A stretch of DNA of 64,000 bases, from assembly GCA_017405445.1 (NCBI GenBank), contig JAFRAK010000007.1, positions 95,689 to 159,688 of the forward strand, read 5' to 3'. Of the stretch, positions 10,156 to 19,800 are shown one piece after another (the stretch's first letter is position 1; every line of letters begins with the position of its first letter). The notes beneath the pieces are model-generated. The model saw only the letters and a program-made list of their open reading frames with translations. It ran no database searches and was not told the origin of the DNA. Origin of the DNA: Bacilli bacterium (GTDB lineage Bacteria; Bacillota_I; Bacilli_A; RF39; UBA660). Both the position numbers and the translations under genes were made by a program.

Positions 10156-11388
10156 ATGGATTCATTTAATTTAGTAAAAAAACCAAAAAAAGATGAAAAT
10201 GATTTTGATGATGAAGAAACAGAAGATATTCAACTAGAGGATGATTTAGATGATAGTTCTGATAGCTATGTTTCTAAATATGAAAACAAAAGAAAATTAA
10301 TACGTCTTGCGGGATTATTAATAGGTTTTATCTTGTTTTTATTCTTAATCTTATGGCTAGCATCAATATTTGGCGGAAAAAAAGCTTACACCTATGAAGA
10401 TGTAGAAAGTATTATGAAAGATGCATCAGTAAGATATTTTGCATCTCATCCAGAATATTTACCAAAAACAGAAAATGAAATTGTTGAATTAAACGTTATT
10501 AATCTAGTAAACGAAGGCTATATGAAAGATTTATCTGAGTATATTAAAACAGATACATGTTCCGGAACAATTCAAGTAGAAAAATTTGGTAATGATTACC
10601 TACATACTCCATATTTAAATTGTGGAGATAGTTACACTTCAGTAGAGTTATATCACAAAGTAGTAGAAGACAATCCAATCACAACAGGAGGAGATGGATT
10701 ATACTCTTTTGATAATAACTATGTATTTAGAGGAGAAAATGTAAATAACTATGTACAATTAGATAATTCTTTATGGAGAATTGTTAAGATTAATAATGAT
10801 GGAAATATAGTATTAATTAGTGAAAATGGAACAATTTATTCTAAGCCTTGGGATGATCGCTTCAATGAAGAAAAGAACTATGAGGCAGGAGTAAATAATT
10901 ATAGTGTTAGTAGAATTAAAGACTACCTACAACAAGTTTATACAGGTAATGTAGAATTTGATGATGAAAAAATACTATCAGATAAGGATAGATCCAAAAT
11001 AGTAAGTCATGATGTATGTGTTGGAAAAAGAACAGTAGATGGCTCATCTAAAAACAATGCAGAAGAATGTAAACAAAAAGTACAAGGACAAAAATTAGGA
11101 TTATTAACTTTATCGGATTACTTAAGTGCATCACTTGATCCAAATTGTAAGAGTGCAAGTACGAAATCTTGTACTAATTACAATTATCTAGTAACAGGTA
11201 CAGAATGGTGGCTAGCAACGGCAAATATTGCGAATGACTCAGAAGTATTCAAAGTAGATCAATGGGGAATTGTAACAGTAGATAATGCTGCTACATACGC
11301 AACAGTAAGACCAGTTATATACTTAAATACCAATACTAGATTTAAAGAAGGTAAAGGAACAAAAACAGAACCATATACCGTTAGGTAA
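10156..11388 (+). CDS. Membrane-anchored exported protein with a C-terminal WWL...VRPVIYL module
   Basis: Good RBS (GAAAGGAG). Acidic N-terminus, one TM helix (LIRLAGLLIGFILFLFLILWLASIF) and a Cys-containing extracellular domain ending in EWWLATAN...ATVRPVIYLN. Confidence 0.6.
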   Translation: MDSFNLVKKPKKDENDFDDEETEDIQLEDDLDDSSDSYVSKYENKRKLIRLAGLLIGFILFLFLILWLASIFGGKKAYTYEDVESIMKDASVRYFASHPEYLPKTENEIVELNVINLVNEGYMKDLSEYIKTDTCSGTIQVEKFGNDYLHTPYLNCGDSYTSVELYHKVVEDNPITTGGDGLYSFDNNYVFRGENVNNYVQLDNSLWRIVKINNDGNIVLISENGTIYSKPWDDRFNEEKNYEAGVNNYSVSRIKDYLQQVYTGNVEFDDEKILSDKDRSKIVSHDVCVGKRTVDGSSKNNAEECKQKVQGQKLGLLTLSDYLSASLDPNCKSASTKSCTNYNYLVTGTEWWLATANIANDSEVFKVDQWGIVTVDNAATYATVRPVIYLNTNTRFKEGKGTKTEPYTVR

Positions 11389-11401
11389 GGTTCTTTTTTT
11401 A
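11367..11401 (+). terminator. Rho-independent terminator (bulged hairpin + T7)
   Basis: AGAACC-ata-TACC gtta GGTA-a-GGTTCT followed by TTTTTTT, overlapping the stop of the 10156-11388 CDS. Confidence 0.55.
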
Positions 11402-11452
11402 TTTAAAAAAATTGAAAAGTATGTTATCCTATTAATAGAATAGGGTGATCAT

Positions 11453-13507
11453 ATGAAAAAGATATTTTATACATTACTAATAGTACTATTCTTAGTACCA
11501 GTAATAACTCATGCAGAAACAAAAAAACTTTATGATGTATTTAAAGAAGAAGCAGAAAGTGGAAGTGGATTAGTTCAGGAATATACTGAAGAACATCACG
11601 ATTCATTTACAGAAGAAGGTACAGAAAAAATCTATCATTGGTATGGCTCAAATGATACAAATGCAAATACAATCCTAGATAAATGGAATGTAGCATTTGG
11701 TGGTTTTTGCTGGCAAGCTTATCGTACAACAGACACAGGAGGAGTAAAGCTAATCTATAATGGATTGCCGACTAAGGTATATGATAAAGAATATATGAGT
11801 ATTGAAGAATATGAAACTAATCCTAAAATAGATACCTTTACTTTTGATTCAAATGATAACACTTGGAATTATGTAGTGGACGATGGTAAGGATCATAAAA
11901 TTGGTTTTACAGTACCTGCAGGAGATAATTATAATATGATAATAACTGGAACAACTGGTTCTTCATGTGGAATAGGTTTTACTATTTATAAAAATGGAAA
12001 TATTATAAATGGTGGTGGAGGTGGAGGAGGACAACCAATTAATTTTTCCTATTCTTATGGAACCCTTACTTCACAAGATGAAATAAAAGTAAGTATAAGT
12101 GGAACTTCAACATCATCAACTTGTTCAGCCACTTTAAAAATAAATATGCAACAAGATATAGAAAAAATAAAAAAAAGTGACTATAGTATGATAGTTGAAA
12201 AAGATAATGGTAAAAAAAGTTGCTATAATTCTGGGTCAGCTCAAGAAATAGCAAAGATATATGTTGGTAATGAAGAAAATAGAAAGCCAGATAGTTCCAT
12301 AGCATATGCAGGGTATATGTATAATCCTAATAATATAATGAATGAAGATTATTCTAACACAAATTCCGGATCTTTGTATGGAAATGATGTGGCTTATTCA
12401 TCTGGTAAATACACACTAATTGATACCACTACAGCATATGATGACTATCATCATTACACATGCAACAATACAACAGGAGAATGTGAGCAAGTTAGATATT
12501 ATTACTTTTCCAATAATTATTATACGCTTCTTAGTGATGGCAAAAACATTTTAAATATGTTAGAAGATAATTTATCTGCAAATGATGTTAATCAGACTGA
12601 CTCTACATTGAAAAGAATAATTGATGATTGGTATAGAAATAACTTGATTGATTATTCTGAAAAGATAGAAGATACAATTTATTGTAATGGAAGAGATATT
12701 TTGGATTTAAGTGGTTTTAATCCAAATGGAGGTTCAAGAGAACAAGATTTGAAATTTGCCAACTGGTATCAAAACAGTTCGGGACTAAACTGTGTAAACA
12801 TTACTGATAAATTCAGTACTAATAATCAATTTGCAAGATTAACCTATCCGATTGGTATGTTAACTGCACCAGAAGCTGATTTAATGGGAAATAATAATAT
12901 GCGAAAGACAGGTAATAATTATTGGCTATTATCAGCTGATAGTTTTGGAAATGGTGGTTTGAAAACAAGAAATGTGAATACTGATGGGTCTCATTATACT
13001 TCAAGGTCAACTGGTGTCATGGGAGGTGGTATAAGACCAGTTATTTCTGTAATGCCAGGCATAACTATAACAGGAGGAGATGGATCACGTTCAAATGTAT
13101 ATCTTATTAAAGACTGGGATGGTGGAGATATTGAAATAGAAGAACAAGAGGATGGTACCATAGAAATAGACAATTTAGAAACAATTCTTAAAAGCACTCC
13201 AGTTGTATTTAAAGTAATTCCAAAAGATGGATTCATTGTTGATAAGATAATAATCATAGATGAAGAAGGAAATGAAATAGTATATGACTCTACTGGTAAT
13301 GAAAATGAATATAAGTTCATTATGCCTTCTTCTAATGTTACTATAAAACCAATATATAAAGAAAAAGATATTCCTATATTACCTGATATTATTAATCCAC
13401 AAACTGGTACATTATTATTCTTTGCGCTAATTGTAGTTATGTTATTAGAAATAGGTACTTATCAATTAATTAAAATTAAAAAGAAAAGAATGAAAGAATT
13501 TGAGTAA
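11453..13507 (+). CDS. Cell-wall-sorted surface protein (NPQTG sorting signal)
   Basis: Signal peptide MKKIFYTLLIVLFLVPVITHA|ETK. It carries a hexaglycine tract, a YWLLSAD...GIRPVISV module and a beta-rich C-terminal repeat-like domain. NPQTG (13394-13408) is followed by a hydrophobic helix and a KIKKKRMK tail. Confidence 0.75.
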   Translation: MKKIFYTLLIVLFLVPVITHAETKKLYDVFKEEAESGSGLVQEYTEEHHDSFTEEGTEKIYHWYGSNDTNANTILDKWNVAFGGFCWQAYRTTDTGGVKLIYNGLPTKVYDKEYMSIEEYETNPKIDTFTFDSNDNTWNYVVDDGKDHKIGFTVPAGDNYNMIITGTTGSSCGIGFTIYKNGNIINGGGGGGGQPINFSYSYGTLTSQDEIKVSISGTSTSSTCSATLKINMQQDIEKIKKSDYSMIVEKDNGKKSCYNSGSAQEIAKIYVGNEENRKPDSSIAYAGYMYNPNNIMNEDYSNTNSGSLYGNDVAYSSGKYTLIDTTTAYDDYHHYTCNNTTGECEQVRYYYFSNNYYTLLSDGKNILNMLEDNLSANDVNQTDSTLKRIIDDWYRNNLIDYSEKIEDTIYCNGRDILDLSGFNPNGGSREQDLKFANWYQNSSGLNCVNITDKFSTNNQFARLTYPIGMLTAPEADLMGNNNMRKTGNNYWLLSADSFGNGGLKTRNVNTDGSHYTSRSTGVMGGGIRPVISVMPGITITGGDGSRSNVYLIKDWDGGDIEIEEQEDGTIEIDNLETILKSTPVVFKVIPKDGFIVDKIIIIDEEGNEIVYDSTGNENEYKFIMPSSNVTIKPIYKEKDIPILPDIINPQTGTLLFFALIVVMLLEIGTYQLIKIKKKRMKEFE

Positions 13508-13522
13508 TCAAATTCTTTTTTT
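13495..13522 (+). terminator. Rho-independent terminator
   Basis: Perfect 9-bp stem AGAATTTGA / TCAAATTCT, loop GTAA, then TTTTTT. Confidence 0.75.
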
Positions 13523-13549
13523 AACATTAAATATCTTGAGGTGAATAAA

Positions 13550-13786
13550 ATGATTATAGATATTCGATCAAAACTAGAATATGAATTAGGTCATATAAAA
13601 AATGCAATATGGATACCTTCCATAGAACTATATCATAATCCATCGAAATACTTAGATAAAAATAAAACATATAGGTTATATTGCAATTCAGGAAATAAAA
13701 GTAAAAAATTAGTTGAATACTTAAATAATCTTGGCTATCAGTGTCAAGATATTGTCGGAGGATATATGCATAACTTGTTAAGATAA
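13550..13786 (+). CDS. Single-domain rhodanese-like sulfurtransferase
   Basis: IIDIRSKLEYELGHIKNAIWIP is followed by the active-site loop YCNSGNKS. The ATG at 13550 is preferred over the GTG at 13541 because GAGGTG lies 7 nt upstream. Confidence 0.65.
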   Translation: MIIDIRSKLEYELGHIKNAIWIPSIELYHNPSKYLDKNKTYRLYCNSGNKSKKLVEYLNNLGYQCQDIVGGYMHNLLR

Positions 13787-13813
13787 TAGATTTATACTAT
13801 AATATAGTAGAAG

Positions 13814-14401
13814 GTGAAGAAAGTGGATTTACTACAAAGCTTTATTGATTTTAGTACAAACTTTATTTCAAAAGGAGGTATTCCTTTTGGATTCTTTTTA
13901 GTGATGTTAGAAAGCTTTGTACCAATACTACCACTAAGTTTATTTGTTGCTTTAAATGTAAATGCATTTGGTTTTTTAATAGGTTGTTTTATATCTTGGT
14001 TAGGAACTTGTATTGGTAGTTATTGTTGTTTCTTATTCTTTTCTTATTTAGAAGATAAATTTACCACAAAGTTTTTAAATAGAAAAATGATAAAAAAGAT
14101 TCATACTTCTATTGATAGATTTAAGAATATTAATTTTACAGAATTAGTATTAATACTTACCTTACCATTTACTCCATCTTTTTTAGTAAATATTTTATCT
14201 GGATTAACGAAGATGTCTCATAATAAATTTGTAAGTGCCTTATTAATTGGTAAATCCTTTACGATTATATTCTGGGGATATATTGGTAAAAGTATCATAG
14301 AAAGTATTACCGATTATAAATCAATTATATATATTGTGATTACTTTGGGAATATCTTATGGAATATCAAAATTAGTTAGTAAAAAATGGAATATTGAGTA
14401 G
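13814..14401 (+). CDS. DedA/TVP38 (VTT-domain) family membrane protein
   Basis: Polytopic protein. LESFVPILPLSLFVALNVNAFGFLIGCFISWLGTCIGS fits the VTT-domain pattern. The start is uncertain (GTG 13814 or GTG 13823). Confidence 0.55.
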   Translation: MKKVDLLQSFIDFSTNFISKGGIPFGFFLVMLESFVPILPLSLFVALNVNAFGFLIGCFISWLGTCIGSYCCFLFFSYLEDKFTTKFLNRKMIKKIHTSIDRFKNINFTELVLILTLPFTPSFLVNILSGLTKMSHNKFVSALLIGKSFTIIFWGYIGKSIIESITDYKSIIYIVITLGISYGISKLVSKKWNIE

Positions 14402-14409
14402 GTGAAGTT

Positions 14410-15489
14410 ATGGATTATATTATTATAGGATTGTTAGTTGTATTAATAATATTAGTAATTATTTCTTTAATGAAAAATATTAATGAAGCAAAGATTACAG
14501 AAAGAATAGGAAAACTAGAAATAGATATGATTAAAGAAATGAGCACATTTAAAAATGATTTTAGTCGTACAATTAATGGAGATTTTAACAAACTAAACGA
14601 AGTTGTGGAAAAAAGATTATTATTAATGAATGAAAAAGTGAATGAAAGATTAGATCAAAATTTTGAAAAAACAAATAAAACATTCTTAGATGTTATGGAA
14701 AGATTATCAAAAATAGATGAGGCTCAAAAGAAAATAGAAACTTTATCAGGAGATATTGTTTCCTTACAAAGTGTTTTAACCGATAAAAAGACAAGAGGTA
14801 TCTTTGGAGAAGTTAATTTAAAACATATCTTATCAAATGTATTTGGAGAAAAAAATGATAGTATTTATCGAATTCAATATACTTTATCAAATGGAACAAT
14901 AGCAGATTCGGTCTTATTTGCACCAGAACCTCTAGGAACAATTTGTATTGATTCAAAATTCCCATTAGAAAATTATCAAATGATGATTGATAAAAAGAAT
15001 AGTAGTGAGGTTAGGGAAAGTTTTACTAAATTATTTAAATCAGATATGAAGAAACATATTGATGCGATTAGTAGTAAGTATATTATTCCAGGAGAAACAA
15101 CGGATCAAGCAATTCTATTTTTACCTGCAGAAGCTATATTTGCAGAAATTAATGCCTATCATCCAGATATTATTGAATATGCTTATAAAAAACATGTATG
15201 GATAACATCTCCTACGACGTTAATCTCAACTCTTACTGTTATTCAAATGATTATTAAAAATATGGAAAGAGATAAATATACTTCTATTATTCATGATGAA
15301 TTAAATAAATTAGGATTAGAGTTCGAAAGATATCGTGAAAGATGGGATAAATTATCTCGTAGTATTCAGGCTGTTAATAAAGATGTAGAAAATGTATCTA
15401 TCACAACAGATAAAATATCAAAAAAATTTGAAAGTATTAATAAAGTTGATGTAGATCGACTATTAGAACAGAAAGAAGAAAGCATATAA
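14410..15489 (+). CDS. rmuC: DNA recombination protein RmuC
   Basis: N-terminal TM helix and coiled coil, then KTRGIFGEVNLKHILSNVFG...TICIDSKFPLENY and LFLPAEAIFAEI, the characteristic RmuC motifs. Confidence 0.85.
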   Translation: MDYIIIGLLVVLIILVIISLMKNINEAKITERIGKLEIDMIKEMSTFKNDFSRTINGDFNKLNEVVEKRLLLMNEKVNERLDQNFEKTNKTFLDVMERLSKIDEAQKKIETLSGDIVSLQSVLTDKKTRGIFGEVNLKHILSNVFGEKNDSIYRIQYTLSNGTIADSVLFAPEPLGTICIDSKFPLENYQMMIDKKNSSEVRESFTKLFKSDMKKHIDAISSKYIIPGETTDQAILFLPAEAIFAEINAYHPDIIEYAYKKHVWITSPTTLISTLTVIQMIIKNMERDKYTSIIHDELNKLGLEFERYRERWDKLSRSIQAVNKDVENVSITTDKISKKFESINKVDVDRLLEQKEESI

Positions 15490-15501
15490 GCTTTCTTTTT
15501 T
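15477..15501 (+). terminator. Rho-independent terminator
   Basis: AGAAAGC atataa GCTTTCT followed by TTTTT, overlapping the rmuC stop. Confidence 0.65.
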
Positions 15502-15514
15502 CATATATTGTAGT

Positions 15515-15703
15515 ATGTGGATATTATATATCATTAGTATTATATTAATGAGTACTGGACTTGTTTTTATATATAGTTATATGAATTTATTTTCTTTTGG
15601 TTATAACTTATTAGAATATTTAGAATTTGTATTTTCTAAAATAGAATGTATAAGTTTTTTAATCGGATTCATTCTTTTATTATTAATATCAAAAAAAAGA
15701 TAG
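15515..15703 (+). CDS. Possible small two-helix membrane protein
   Basis: 62-aa hydrophobic ORF with no recognisable RBS. Confidence 0.25.
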   Translation: MWILYIISIILMSTGLVFIYSYMNLFSFGYNLLEYLEFVFSKIECISFLIGFILLLLISKKR

Positions 15704-15725
15704 ATTATAATTCATAATCTATCTT
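15697..15725 (-). terminator. Terminator hairpin at the convergent gene ends (serves trpS)
   Basis: Perfect 12-bp stem AAGATAGATTAT / ATAATCTATCTT. The A-run on the + strand becomes a U-run after the hairpin on the - strand. Confidence 0.65.
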
Positions 15726-16712
15726 CATTGCTTTACGAACCTTTTTCATTGTTTCTTCTGCTTTTTCTTTTGCTTCACTAGTTCCTTTATGTAAAATTTG
15801 ATTAACTTCTTCAGGATGTTCATCATAATACTTTCTTTTTTCTCTAATTGGTTCTAAAAATTGATTCATGGAAGCAATTAATTCTTTCTTACAATCAACA
15901 CATCCTCTTAATCCTTGTTTACATTCTGAACATATATTATCTAAATTCTCTTGATTTACTAAATTATGATAATAATAAACCATACATTTACTAGGATCAG
16001 CAGGATCATCTTTCTTAATCTTATTAGGATCTGTAACAGCATTCATTATTTTTCGCTTAATAGTTTCTTCATCATCCACTAAATAAATTGCATTTCCTAA
16101 GCTTTTACCCATTTTTTCATTTCCATCTAATCCCTTAATTCTAGGAGTCTTTGATAATACTTGTTGTGGTTCTATTAAAGTTTCTCCATAAATTGAATTA
16201 AATTTACGTACAATTTCACGACATTGTTCAAGTAGAGGAAGTTGATCTTCTCCAACAGGAACACATTCTCCTTCAAAACAAGTAATATCTGCAGCTTGAG
16301 AAACTGGATATCCTAAGAATCCATAAGTAATTGATTCTCCATTATTTCCAAATAACTCTTTCTTTTGAGCAATTTCAGTTTTAACAGTAGGATTTCTTTG
16401 TAAACGAGATACAGTTACTAAATTAGAGTAAAAAACTGTCAACTCTGCAATTTCAGGAATTTTTGATTGAATAAAGAAATGGACTTTCTCTGGATCAATT
16501 CCTATTGACAATAAGTCTTTTGTAATTTCAAAAACATTTTCATGAACCTTATCTGGATTATTAAAATTATCTGTCAATGCTTGAACATCAGCAATTTCAA
16601 GGAAAAAGTCATATTCATCTTGTATTTCACGCCATGTTTTTCCTGCTCCAAAATAGTGTCCTAAATGTAAATTTCCAGTAGGACGTAAACCTGTTAAAAT
16701 CGTCTTTTTCAT
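15705..16712 (-). CDS. trpS: Tryptophan--tRNA ligase, with a C-terminal Cys cluster
   Basis: HIGH-type motif TGNLHLGHY, PVGEDQLPLLEQCREIVRKFN and KMGKS (KMSKS). Its 335 aa is TrpRS-sized, and GAGGAG lies upstream. The Cys cluster is KC-x17-CSEC-x6-CVDC. Confidence 0.85.
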   Translation of the reverse strand: MKKTILTGLRPTGNLHLGHYFGAGKTWREIQDEYDFFLEIADVQALTDNFNNPDKVHENVFEITKDLLSIGIDPEKVHFFIQSKIPEIAELTVFYSNLVTVSRLQRNPTVKTEIAQKKELFGNNGESITYGFLGYPVSQAADITCFEGECVPVGEDQLPLLEQCREIVRKFNSIYGETLIEPQQVLSKTPRIKGLDGNEKMGKSLGNAIYLVDDEETIKRKIMNAVTDPNKIKKDDPADPSKCMVYYYHNLVNQENLDNICSECKQGLRGCVDCKKELIASMNQFLEPIREKRKYYDEHPEEVNQILHKGTSEAKEKAEETMKKVRKAMKIDYEL

Positions 16713-16817
16713 AAAAATAATCTCCTCAAAAACATTTTATCATATTTTGTTTGATAATACTATTTTAAATTTGTAAAAATATTTAACGTAAACTAGTGTT
16801 AATTTGCTTATTTTTTA

Positions 16818-16846
16818 TAGACATCGTTTTTTCAAAAGTGTATAAT
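16818..16846 (+). promoter_or_regulatory. Sigma-A-type promoter of the surface-protein operon
   Basis: TAGACA (16818-23), a 17-nt spacer, then TATAAT (16841-46), about 40 nt upstream of the start codon. Confidence 0.5.
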
Positions 16847-16882
16847 TTATATAGAATTAGAAATAATAGAATATGAGAGGTT

Positions 16883-19800
16883 ATGTGTATGAGAAGGTTT
16901 TTTAGAAAGAAATTGAGGTCACTTTCAAAAGTAAAGATTAAAACAAAGAAATTAGGATTAATTTCTGTTTTTGCTGTTGCTATATTTGTGGTATCTATGA
17001 TAACTGCATTTGCTGATAGTGACGTTATACTAACTCTTACACCAACAATTTCTCCTGTTGGAGGCCATTATGTTTATCAACCTGGAGACACTGTTGAATT
17101 AACTTATTCTTTGAACTCTTCAAAAGCATGGAAAATAGCTGTCTTATCTATTGAATATGATTCTAATGTGTTTGAACATTTAGATGGTAATGTAACACAT
17201 GAAGATCCTGATACTGGAGACGATGTTGTTGATTATGGATTTGATCAAACAATTAGTGCAAGTAACTATAATATAATTCCAGCATTTGGTGATCCAGGTG
17301 TTTATCAGATGACTGTTCCTGTTATCTATAAATTAAATGATGCTAATGCAACAAAAGGAGCAGGTAATGTTACTTTTGGTAAGATTAAATTAAAAGTACG
17401 TGATGATGCAGTAGGTGGGGATACAACAATTAGTATTGTTGAAGGAAATAATAAAACATATGTATACGCCTTAGATGATACAGATTTATTTTCATACGAT
17501 GCAGATGATGTAACAGTAAGAATTGATGTTCCAATCGAAAGTTGGAGTCCAAATCCTACCTCACTTTCATTAGACTTAACAGCAAATTCTACTGGAAATA
17601 TTTCAATTGATTATTTACCTGTTACAGCATCAGAACCTGTACCTACTTTCCAATCAAGTAATACTAGTGTATGTACTGTAAATTCTACTACTGGTACAGT
17701 CACTGCAGTAGGAGTAGGAACATGTAATATTTCAGTTACAATAGATGGTGATACAACACCAAAAACTGTTCCAGTAACAGTAACAAATCATTTAACTAGT
17801 TTAACACTTGATAGTGAGTTAGAAACATTAAGTCAAGGAAATACTCATACATTTACAGTAACTACAACACCTGCAAATCCATCTGAAACAGCAAACCCTT
17901 CAGAAACTACTTATACTTATAATTGGGTAAGCAGTGATCCTTCAAAAGTTACAGTAACATCAACTAATGGAAATACTGCAACAGTTACAGCTACTGCTGC
18001 AACAGAAGTAGGACAACCTGTAACATTGACATGTTATGCAGTAATTAATGGAGTTCAATCTAGTACAATTTATACACAAGCAAATATAACTGTAATAATA
18101 CCATTAACTGGAGCTCATGCTCAAGATTCAAATATGACTTTAATAAAAGGTGTAGATGATGAAAAACAAATAGTAGTTGTATATGAACCAAGTGGAGCAA
18201 CTGAAAGACCAGAAATCACTTGGGAATCAGCTAATCCAAGTATCGTTTCAGTAAGCAACAGCGGTGTTATAACAGCAGTTACGAATAGTGGAGGAAATGC
18301 AATAACTGTTACTGGTACAATGCAAGCTTTAAATGGTAATACTTATACTGTTACGACAAATGTAACTGTTGAAGTACCACTTGAATCAGTAAGTGTAAAC
18401 CCATCAGAAGTAAATCTTTATGAAGGTCAATCACAATCTGTTGCAGAATCATATTTACCAGCTGATACATATCCACTTCCTGCATTAACATGGGCTACAA
18501 GTGATTCAAATGTTGCGACAGTATCTAATGGTACAATAACAGCAGTAAATGCTGGAACAGCAACAATTACTGCAACAAGAGGAACTGGTGCATCAGCAAA
18601 ATCTGCAACAGTTACAGTTCATGTATATACAGAAATTACAGGACTTGTAATGAGTGAACCATCTGCAACAATTTATACAAATGTCAATGGACAAAAAACA
18701 AAACAATTAACAGCTTCAATTCAACCTGCAGGAGCAGGAACAGATGCTGATAAAGTAATAACATGGACAAGCAGTGATGATAATATTGCAACTGTATCAA
18801 ATGGTTTAGTTACTGCAGTAGCACCTGGGTCTGTAACAATAACAGCAACAACAGGTAGTGGAGCTCAAGCAACAGCAACAATTACAGTTGAAAGAGTAGC
18901 AACTGCCTTTACAGTAACGAATGGTACTGATGTTATAGTAGAAAAAGGATCAACTCATACAATCCAAACTTCTATTTCAGGAAATCCTGATCCAATGCCA
19001 ACAATTACTTGGTCAGATCCAAGCACAAATCATGTAACAATCAATAAAACTACTGGTGAAGTTACAGCCGTTTCAAATGGAAATGCGACAATTACAGGAA
19101 CAATACCTAGTCAACCAAATCCATTAAGTGTAACAGTTAATATAACAGTAAGAACATCTCCTAATAGTGTAACAATTGATCAAGGAGATTATAAGAGAAT
19201 TAATAAAAATGAATCATTCACATTAACCGCAGTAAAAGATCCAGGAGATGCATCAGACAATATAGTTTGGTCATCAAGCGATTCTAATATAGTAAGTATT
19301 AATTCTTCAACTGGAGTTATTACTGGAGTTGCTATGGGAACTGCAACAATTACAGCAACATTAGGAAATAAAACTGATACAATTTCAGTAGAAGTATATG
19401 TACCAGTTCAAACATTTGAAATTAATGAAAATGATACAATTACAATTAATCAAGGTTCAGAAAAAACATTATCAAGAACAATTACACCTCAACCTTGTTC
19501 AGAAACTGTAATTACTTGGACTTCAAGTGATGATACAAAAGTATTAGTTGATTCTGATGGTAAGATTAGAGGAGTAGCAACTACATCTACACCAGTTACT
19601 ATTACAGGTTTAATTGGTGGAAAGAGCGATTCTATTCAAGTTAATGTTATCTTACCAGCTGATGGTATTACAATCCAAGGTGGAAATGAAATTGATGTTG
19701 AATTTGGAAGCAATCAACAATTAACAGCTCAAATAAGTCCTCCTGGAAGTACTGATACAGGAGTAACTTGGACATCAAGTAATCCAAATGTAGCAACAGT

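Larger units (their letters stand above)
1..13522 (+). mobile_element. Conjugative type IV secretion (Mpf + coupling protein) module, probably part of an integrated conjugative element. The left end is outside the window and the right limit is provisional.
   Basis: Co-directional, tightly packed or overlapping genes for VirB6-like, VirB3-like, VirB4, a PG hydrolase and a VirD4-type T4CP, followed by two surface proteins. The block ends at a strong terminator (13495-13522), after which housekeeping genes begin. No relaxase, integrase or att site was seen in the window. Confidence 0.6.

Noticed and set aside
12007-12030. GGT/GGA run encoding GGGGGGQ as a possible slippage or phase-variation tract
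   Set aside because: The codons alternate (ggt ggt gga ggt gga gga), so there is no true homopolymer or perfect short tandem repeat. It is most simply a flexible glycine linker.
13508-13549. Right-hand attachment site or direct repeat of the putative ICE
   Set aside because: No repeat partner can be identified because the other element end is outside the window, and nothing distinctive other than the terminator is present.
16713-16882. Possible T-box riboswitch leader for trpS
   Set aside because: The region is only 170 nt and is shared with a divergent promoter. No T-box consensus (AAUUAGGGUGGUACCGCG-like) or specifier/terminator architecture was seen on the minus strand.
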